DNA from: Candidatus Dojkabacteria bacterium
GTDB taxonomy: Bacteria; Patescibacteriota; Dojkabacteria; SC72
NCBI GenBank assembly: GCA_035370405.1
Contig: DAOOVT010000001.1
Location: forward strand, 485 to 64,484
Length of the DNA: 64,000 nt
Direction of reading: 5' to 3'
The notes under the pieces are model-generated. The model was not told the DNA's origin. It saw only the letters and a program-made list of their open reading frames with translations, and made no database searches. Positions 57,528-64,000 of the stretch are shown here, piece after piece. The first letter of the stretch is position 1. Each line of letters opens with the position of its first letter. Both the position numbers and the translations under genes were made by a program.

Positions 57528-59234
57528 ATGCAAAAAAACACACAAGTACTGCAAGGGTTAAACCTCCTTTCGACAACTTCTCTAGTCACAATAAAAATTC
57601 AAAACAAAGAAAATGTAGAAAAACTACTAAAACAAATAACCTCCTACCACCCAATATTCATAGATAAATACCACTTTGAACAAAATAATCTCTTAATAGA
57701 AACCGCTATCCCATTCGTATGGAGAGAAGCATCAACATATATTCAAAAGCTATCGCAGGGAGAGCTATCATACAAAGATTGTAAGAAGAAAATAGTAGAA
57801 GACATAATAACCCGAAGACTAGCATCTATGTCTACTATTCCTGTTCTCCATTCAGCACACAAACAACAAAAAGAGATAACTCCAACAATAATCTCCGATT
57901 ACAACTCCTCGAAGAATAAGGCTACAGAATCTAAAGGATTTAATAGATATTACACATTAGGCTGTGGTAAGGAATCCCAAGTAATATATTCAATATCCTC
58001 TAGCAAAGATTCAAAAACTGCAAAACAAATACAAAGAGACAAATGGAGCACCAATATGCTAATGGAAAGACTTGGTCTTCCAATACCGAAATGGCAACTA
58101 GTAGGAAGCAAGGCTGATATAGACAAAATCTGGGATAGTTACACAAAACCAGTAGTCATAAAACCTACAGGCCTTGCAGGAGGTAATGGAGTAGTTCTAG
58201 GAATCAAAACAAAAGAACAATGCAAAAAAGCATTTGACTTTGCTCAAAAGGCAACAAATACATTTCCAAGAAGTGCATGGCAGAAAAAAATTATGATACA
58301 AGAACAAGTTCAAGGAGAAGATTACAGACTACTAATAGTCGATGGCAAATTTGAAGTAGGTACAAAAAGAATTCCAGCATTCGTAACTGGTGATGGAAAA
58401 AACAGCATAAAGAAATTAATAGAAGAAGCAAATAAAGATCCAAAAAGAGACCTATCTAACCCATCTCACACACTAAAACCAATAATCATTGACGATCCTC
58501 TACTAGATTATCTAAAACAACAAAAGCTATCTCTCGAAGAAATCCCTCAAAAGGGACAAAAAATACAACTTAGAAAAGTTGCAAGCATGAGTCAAGGAGG
58601 TATCACTGAAGATGTCACAGACCTTGTTGGAGCAGAAATTAGATACATCGCAGAAAGCATAGCTCAATCAATACATGCATTCACTCTGGGTGTAGATGTA
58701 CTTTGCAAAGACATCACTAAACCACTCACAAAGGAAAATGGAGCAATACTCGAGGTAAACACTATGCCAGAAGTATATCTCAACATATTCCCAGTAATAG
58801 GAGAAGAAAAAACAAATGTAATAGACACATATGTAGACAAACTTCTTTCTGGAAATAACACTAAAAGAATTGTAGTTGTAGGGAATCCATCAATAGATAT
58901 CTCTACAATGTTAAAAAGAAAAACATTCATCTGCTCATACTTAAAACAAGATGACGTCGTCGGAGAATATAGAGACAAAGAATTAAGAATAAATGGCCTT
59001 ACAATAAACAAAGAGCTAAAAAAAGAAAAAGCTCTTGAGGCACTAAAAATAAATGCTGCATTAGATGCAATAATACTACATCATAGAAATTGGGAAGAAG
59101 TAGAAGAAACAGGTTTAGGTTTTGAAAAAATAGACCTATTAATAATTACAAAAGATATGAGAAAAGACAAAAGATTTAATCAAATTTTGAGATACAGACT
59201 AAGAGGACTAATTACAAAGATTAAAATTATTTAA
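57528..59234 (+). CDS. Cyanophycin-synthetase-like ATP-grasp ligase with a unique approximately 160 aa N-terminal domain (CphA N+G-domain-like; no Mur-ligase domain).
   Basis: VVIKPTGLAGGNGVVLGI...DYRLLIVDGKFEVGTKRIPAFVTGDGKNSIKKLIEEANKDPKR...ASMSQGGITEDVTDLVGAEIRYIAESIA...GVDVLCKDITKPLTKENGAILEVNTMPEV. This is a strong resemblance to the CphA G-domain, including the DPRRG-like NKDPKRD loop. Confidence 0.65.
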   Translation: MQKNTQVLQGLNLLSTTSLVTIKIQNKENVEKLLKQITSYHPIFIDKYHFEQNNLLIETAIPFVWREASTYIQKLSQGELSYKDCKKKIVEDIITRRLASMSTIPVLHSAHKQQKEITPTIISDYNSSKNKATESKGFNRYYTLGCGKESQVIYSISSSKDSKTAKQIQRDKWSTNMLMERLGLPIPKWQLVGSKADIDKIWDSYTKPVVIKPTGLAGGNGVVLGIKTKEQCKKAFDFAQKATNTFPRSAWQKKIMIQEQVQGEDYRLLIVDGKFEVGTKRIPAFVTGDGKNSIKKLIEEANKDPKRDLSNPSHTLKPIIIDDPLLDYLKQQKLSLEEIPQKGQKIQLRKVASMSQGGITEDVTDLVGAEIRYIAESIAQSIHAFTLGVDVLCKDITKPLTKENGAILEVNTMPEVYLNIFPVIGEEKTNVIDTYVDKLLSGNNTKRIVVVGNPSIDISTMLKRKTFICSYLKQDDVVGEYRDKELRINGLTINKELKKEKALEALKINAALDAIILHHRNWEEVEETGLGFEKIDLLIITKDMRKDKRFNQILRYRLRGLITKIKII

Positions 59235-59269
59235 ACAAACATAATTAATTTATTAGGAAATATAAATCT

Positions 59270-60238
59270 ATGCGATTCTTAATTATTGAAAAAAGACAAA
59301 GGATCAATAATAACAGATTCAAAACAGATATACCAACAGGCTCTGAGAGACTAATAGAGGAACTGAAAAAAAGAAATATAGAATATGATTTCATATACAA
59401 TGATCAGCTAGAATTCATCTTTAAACCATATACTATGAATATCCTTGCAAATGGGAAAGATATTCTGGAATACTCCCATATACTATTCAGAGGACACGCC
59501 CTTCACAATGACAAAGAATACCATTTCAAACGATATATCATAGATTATGTTGACAATTACAATAAAAAAAATACAAATAACAAAATTCTTGTACAAAATG
59601 CAGATGCAATAAAAAAACTCCCATACTATAACAAGATAGCAATGGCACAACTATGCTATGAAAATAATCTCCCCTACTTCACCACATATTATAGACCAGA
59701 TGGAAATTACTCCAATTCACAAAGAAGCATTCTAAATGAATATCCTTTAGTTATAAAGGAATACACAGGAGAGAATAGAATAGAATTAATTGATGGAGTT
59801 GAAAAAATCAAAAAGAATGTCTTCAAGCTTAACAATTTAGATGATTATTCACAACAAGGACTTAAAGATCAAAACCTAGCTAATTTCTTCATTCAAGAAT
59901 TTTCCAATGCAGGAGAAGACTACAGGATATTTGTAAAACTTGGAAAAGTTGTCGCTGGATGGAAAAGAAAAAGCACCAAGAATTTTATAACTGTAAATCA
60001 AGGAGAATATGAAATATACAATGAACCCAATGAAGAAATAAAGACTATTGCAGAAAGAATGAGCAATGTCTTAAACGCTGATTTTGTAGCAGTCGACTTT
60101 ATGTATATAGGAGACAAACCATATATACAAGAGCTTTCCCTACACCCTGGATACAAAGCTTACGAAACAAAAGCAAAGGGAACTCCCATAAATATTGCAG
60201 AACAAATAATATCGGCTTTTAAAGTCCCACCTTTCTAA
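59270..60238 (+). CDS. RimK/LysX/GshB-type ATP-grasp ligase.
   Basis: GEDYRIFVKLGKVVAGWKRKS...VNQGEYEIYN...DFVAVDFMYIGDKPYIQELSLHPGYKAY, the ATP-grasp C-terminal core with an RimK-like DxRxxV...NxxxG layout. Confidence 0.55.
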   Translation: MRFLIIEKRQRINNNRFKTDIPTGSERLIEELKKRNIEYDFIYNDQLEFIFKPYTMNILANGKDILEYSHILFRGHALHNDKEYHFKRYIIDYVDNYNKKNTNNKILVQNADAIKKLPYYNKIAMAQLCYENNLPYFTTYYRPDGNYSNSQRSILNEYPLVIKEYTGENRIELIDGVEKIKKNVFKLNNLDDYSQQGLKDQNLANFFIQEFSNAGEDYRIFVKLGKVVAGWKRKSTKNFITVNQGEYEIYNEPNEEIKTIAERMSNVLNADFVAVDFMYIGDKPYIQELSLHPGYKAYETKAKGTPINIAEQIISAFKVPPF

Positions 60239-61379
60239 ACATACTAAGCCACTGATCTTTTGTAGGAACATTAGATGCTCTTGGAATTAAACCATCTTCT
60301 ACCCATTCACACTGTTTAATAGAAATTTTCCCAGAATAAAGACTATTGTACAATGATGGATTCTTTGCAATACTAGAAGATACTTTTCTAAAACCTCTAA
60401 AATACACTATATCTTTTACATATATTCCAGCTTTTGATGTATCAGAAAGCCCTCTTTTCACCCTATACGCAACATTAAACGCTGACTGCTTCGGAAATAT
60501 TCCATGTAAACAGTTATACAATTCTCTAAACGAAAGATTCCCTCCTACATATATCGCATATGTTAAAGCAACCTTCCTTTTTAAACTACTTTCAGTCAAA
60601 ACATTTACATTACTTTCATTCCACGTAGCAAGTCCCTCTTCTGCATCTAAATAGGCTGGTAAATTTGAGTTACCTAGAGCAGGAAACCCAGTATTTAGAC
60701 CATTAACAGTTCTCAAAACATGTGTTCCGACCTCATGAATTAATGTTTTCTTTAACATAAGAGCATCTCTCTTTATTCCTTCATCAACAAAAATCTCTTT
60801 GCTCTTTATCCCTACTCTAACAGAATTCTTTCGAATATTTGATGATTTTTCTACTTTCCAACCATTCAAATTCAACATCGTAAATATATTTTGAAAAATT
60901 CCCAATATCTCATCATACTCATACAATCTTCTATCCTTTGATTTATCTACCTTTACAAGATTGTAACTTTTGGTATTACCTCTAAGTACTCTACATGAAT
61001 TTCTAAATAGCTTCCCGCTTGGAAATCCGAATCTTTCAATGGAGATATCTGTAATAGCTTCATTATTCCCAACTGAGTTAATAAGATCATTAGCTTGTTT
61101 CTTAGATGATATTAATGATATGTAAAAATCAGAAATTCTTGGATCTACATCTATTATTTCCTCTACAGACAGAAGTTTTCTGAAAATTTCATCATTCCTG
61201 TTTCGAACGGTTTTGTATTTAAAAACAGGATTATATGTATCAGATTCAAAAAATTTCTCTTCCTCCTCTTCCAAATTAATAGGAGTAAGTACAAATGAAG
61301 TAGGAATTCTCAATTGACCAAGAAGTACAGATACTTCATCTAGTTTCATTTGTTTTATACTTTTATTCAATATTTTCAT
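60219..61379 (-). CDS. DUF1704/QEGLA-motif gluzincin metallopeptidase (MATCAP-like carboxypeptidase family).
   Basis: HEVGTH (HExxH), then about 27 residues later AEEGLATW (the QEGLA-type third zinc ligand). 386 aa. Convergent with, and overlapping by 20 nt, the 3' end of the ATP-grasp operon. Confidence 0.6.
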   Translation of the reverse strand: MKILNKSIKQMKLDEVSVLLGQLRIPTSFVLTPINLEEEEEKFFESDTYNPVFKYKTVRNRNDEIFRKLLSVEEIIDVDPRISDFYISLISSKKQANDLINSVGNNEAITDISIERFGFPSGKLFRNSCRVLRGNTKSYNLVKVDKSKDRRLYEYDEILGIFQNIFTMLNLNGWKVEKSSNIRKNSVRVGIKSKEIFVDEGIKRDALMLKKTLIHEVGTHVLRTVNGLNTGFPALGNSNLPAYLDAEEGLATWNESNVNVLTESSLKRKVALTYAIYVGGNLSFRELYNCLHGIFPKQSAFNVAYRVKRGLSDTSKAGIYVKDIVYFRGFRKVSSSIAKNPSLYNSLYSGKISIKQCEWVEDGLIPRASNVPTKDQWLSMFRKVGL

Positions 61380-61395
61380 ATACTATAACTAAACA

Positions 61396-62415
61396 TTATT
61401 TCCTAAAATCACGATTAAAAGTAAATGTTCTTTCTCCTCTGGCTATTAATTCTAAAGCTATCCCTGTTCCCTTTACAACGCAATATATAGGCTCATCAGC
61501 TACATGTGAAGGAACACCTGTTGCTCTGGAAAATAACTTATCTAAATTTCTCAACTCTGATGTTCCGCCACTCATAACCATTCCCCTATCTATTATATCG
61601 GCTGAAAGTTCTGGAGGAGTTTTTTCCAATACATTTCTAATACTTCTAATAATTGATTTAAGTGGAAAATCTATTGCTTTTGCAACATCATTTGAATCAA
61701 CAATTATCGATTTTGGCATACCGGCCCCAACATCTCTTCCTCTCACCTCCATCTGTGCAGGATCTCTAACTTCAACAGCAGACCCTATTTTTATTTTAAT
61801 ATTCTCAGCTGTCTGCTCACCGATCATAATCCCTTTCTTCTTCCTCATATATGAAATTATTGCTTCGTTCAAAGAATCCCCTGCAACACGCAATGACTCA
61901 TACTCAACTATTCCATCAAGTGACATAACTGCAATTTCTGTAGTTCCTCCACCCATATTCACAATCATATTTCCAGAAGATGTATGTATCGGAAGTTGAG
62001 CTCCTAATGCAGCAAGAAGTGGTTCGGGTAGTAATGTTATACTTTTCGCTCCAACAGAGTTTGCCGCTTTTAATACAGCTCTCTCCTCAACAGAAGTAAT
62101 TCCTGCAGGTACACTTATAACCACATCAGGCTTAAAAAATCTAGACTTTCCTAGTGCTTTATCAAAAAAATATCTCAACAAAGCCTCTGTAACCCTAGAA
62201 TCTGCTATTACTCCACTTCTTAGTGGCCTTTTAGCAATAATATTCTCAGGGGTCTTTCCAATCATTTCTTTTGCCTCCTTTCCAACTGCTATTACTGTGT
62301 ATGTATTTACATCAATAGCTACAACAGTAGGTTCAGAGAGCACAATCCCCTCTCCCTGTACAAAAACCACAGAGTTCGCAGTTCCTAAATCTAACCCTAA
62401 CTTCTTTCCAAGCAT
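61396..62415 (-). CDS. Second MreB-like actin-family ATPase paralog.
   Basis: LGLDLGTANSVVFV and IVNMGGGTTEIAV (actin-fold phosphate motifs). 339 aa. Its stop lies 16 nt upstream of the DUF1704 peptidase start. Confidence 0.8.
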   Translation of the reverse strand: MLGKKLGLDLGTANSVVFVQGEGIVLSEPTVVAIDVNTYTVIAVGKEAKEMIGKTPENIIAKRPLRSGVIADSRVTEALLRYFFDKALGKSRFFKPDVVISVPAGITSVEERAVLKAANSVGAKSITLLPEPLLAALGAQLPIHTSSGNMIVNMGGGTTEIAVMSLDGIVEYESLRVAGDSLNEAIISYMRKKKGIMIGEQTAENIKIKIGSAVEVRDPAQMEVRGRDVGAGMPKSIIVDSNDVAKAIDFPLKSIIRSIRNVLEKTPPELSADIIDRGMVMSGGTSELRNLDKLFSRATGVPSHVADEPIYCVVKGTGIALELIARGERTFTFNRDFRK

Positions 62416-62445
62416 TTCAGAAAAAACTACAAGTTATTTATTATC

Positions 62446-63477
62446 CTATTCAAAATTCAAAAGCATTGCTTCCTTCATTGCATCAGCAGTCTCTCTAGCA
62501 ATCTTGGAAACTTTAAGACTACTTTCTAAAGCACTATCCAGCAATTCTTGCTTTTTCTTCTCAGCTTCAATTCTTCTCTCCCTTATGGGACTTAATTTTT
62601 GATTCATTACTTCAAACAATCTTTGCTTAACCTCTATGTCTTTAATATTTCCCTCTCTATACCTCCTTTTCATCTCTTCCACTTCATCTTTATCATCATT
62701 AAAAAAGTCATGATACATGAATGCTACATTACCTTCTACTCTACCTGGATCACTTGCATGCACTCTATTTGGGTCCGTGTACACCTTAAAAACCTTTTCC
62801 TTAAGTTCCTCTTCACTATCAGACAAATAGATGCAATTACCAAGACTTTTTCCCATCTTTTCTGCACCATCAATTCCGGGAACATTCACAGATGTCCCTA
62901 GCAATGCTTCTGGGAGATTCAAAACATCTTTCCCATAGGCTGAATTAAACTTCCTAGCTATCTCCCTTGCATCCTCTATCATTGGAAGTTGGTCTTTTCC
63001 AACAGGAACTAAATCAGCATTTACACTTAATATATCAGCAGCTTGATGAACAGGATACAGAAAGAAACCAAGTGGAGTTGAATCAGAAAACCCCTTTTGT
63101 AAAAGTTCTGTTTTAATCGTTGGATTATGTTTAACCTTCTGTACCGTGGTAAAATTTGACAAATATATGAATATCTCATCTATTTGCGGTACTTCACTCT
63201 GAATAAAGACAGAAGTCTTCTCAAAATCTATACCACACGCATAATAATCACACAAAAGTTCATATACGCTCTCCCTTATCTTTTCTGGATTATTTGCATT
63301 GTCTGTAAAAGCTTGAATATTAGCAATTTCTACAAATGTCTCATACTCATCTTGCAACTTAACTCTGTTCTGTATAGAACCAATAAAATGACCAATGTGC
63401 AATTTACCAGTTGGTCTATCTCCTGTCAATATTCTTTTCCTCTTCTGAATTTCTTTCATAGCTAAGTATTTTAACAA
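62446..63477 (-). CDS. trpS: Tryptophan--tRNA ligase.
   Basis: TGDRPTGKLHIGHFIGS (HIGH) and KMGKSLGN (KMSKS). 343 aa. Confidence 0.9.
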   Translation of the reverse strand: MLKYLAMKEIQKRKRILTGDRPTGKLHIGHFIGSIQNRVKLQDEYETFVEIANIQAFTDNANNPEKIRESVYELLCDYYACGIDFEKTSVFIQSEVPQIDEIFIYLSNFTTVQKVKHNPTIKTELLQKGFSDSTPLGFFLYPVHQAADILSVNADLVPVGKDQLPMIEDAREIARKFNSAYGKDVLNLPEALLGTSVNVPGIDGAEKMGKSLGNCIYLSDSEEELKEKVFKVYTDPNRVHASDPGRVEGNVAFMYHDFFNDDKDEVEEMKRRYREGNIKDIEVKQRLFEVMNQKLSPIRERRIEAEKKKQELLDSALESSLKVSKIARETADAMKEAMLLNFE

Positions 63478-63508
63478 CTAATCGATGATTATGCTATACT
63501 TTCCACAA

Positions 63509-64000
63509 ATGAAGGAAGTCATCAGAAAAAATCTAGCTATAGTCATGAGAATCTCTATGATAGTTTGTGTTGTACTACTTACCGTGTTTATCTACTACTA
63601 CTCGAAGGGCTATAGGATAAATATACACAATCAGGAAATTACAAAGACAGGGATATTAAACGTAAAGGCAGATCCATTCTGGTCTGACATATATGTTGAT
63701 GGAGAAAATATAGGAAAATCACCTAAGAGCAAGACATTAAGTATAGGCGTACACAATGTTGAGATAAAGAAGGAAGGATACAAAACATGGACCAAACAAG
63801 TAGAGATATTTGATGAAAGATCAACAATAATAGTCCCATGGCTCCTTCTTCAGAAGCCAGAAAAAACAATAAGCTGGGATTCCCAAGGTATTTTTCAAAA
63901 ATCATGGATAGATAAATCTTCTCAAGTTGCCCTTGTTTTGATAAAAGATTCTAATACTACATCTTCACTATGGGCATATAGGACTACGGTTCCATTTTTA
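63509..64000 (+). CDS. Membrane-anchored PEGA-domain protein (partial; runs off the window end).
   Basis: Translation MKEVIRKNLAIVMRISMIVCVVLLTVFIYY (TM), then VKADPFWSDIYVDGENIGKSPKSKTLSIGVHNVEIKKEGYKTW (a PEGA-like beta-sandwich). No stop before 64000. An alternative ATG at 63485. Confidence 0.55.
   Translation, partial: MKEVIRKNLAIVMRISMIVCVVLLTVFIYYYSKGYRINIHNQEITKTGILNVKADPFWSDIYVDGENIGKSPKSKTLSIGVHNVEIKKEGYKTWTKQVEIFDERSTIIVPWLLLQKPEKTISWDSQGIFQKSWIDKSSQVALVLIKDSNTTSSLWAYRTTVPFL

Overview
This is a 64 kb AT-rich bacterial chromosomal segment, roughly one third G+C by eye. It is densely packed with housekeeping genes, mostly on the minus strand from 26 kb to 49 kb. The gene content suggests a reduced-genome, CPR/Patescibacteria-like lineage, but that is inference only. 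Supporting hints are an archaeal-type AMP phosphorylase next to a ribose-1,5-bisphosphate isomerase, a short Mfd, an EF-Ts with a duplicated N-terminal domain, and an S2 with a C-terminal extension.

Genes I can support:
- Conserved blocks: yebC-ruvC; the rpsB-tsf-frr-rseP-rpsU-yqeY-ybeY-pth run; dprA-topA; mreBCD-mrdA; dnaX-ybaB-recR-cysS; and a tRNA(Thr-Tyr-Thr)-rpmG-tRNA(Trp)-secE-nusG-rplK-rplA-rplJ-rplL cluster.
- Six tRNAs and several sigma70-like promoters and terminators.
- A processive GT2 glycosyltransferase with a sugar nucleotidyltransferase.
- An ABC ATPase with no adjacent permease.
- A cluster of four secreted or membrane-anchored surface proteins.
- A lone TraG/VirD4-like P-loop ATPase.

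The most interesting locus is 54.3-62.4 kb, immediately after rplL. A promoter there drives a tightly packed operon: a 7TM membrane protein; an alpha-L-glutamate-ligase-like (RimK-related) ATP-grasp fused to a RimB-like retropepsin domain; two cyanophycin-synthetase-like ATP-grasp enzymes that lack the Mur-ligase domain; and a fourth RimK-like ATP-grasp. It converges on, and overlaps by 20 nt, a DUF1704/QEGLA HExxH gluzincin peptidase. To my recollection DUF1704 is the family of the eukaryotic tubulin detyrosinase MATCAP. That peptidase is co-transcribed with a second MreB (actin-like) paralog. My reading is an expanded, undescribed amino-acid-ligation and trimming system, possibly acting on a cytoskeletal or membrane target. 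The family assignments rest on remembered motifs and need HMM and structure confirmation.
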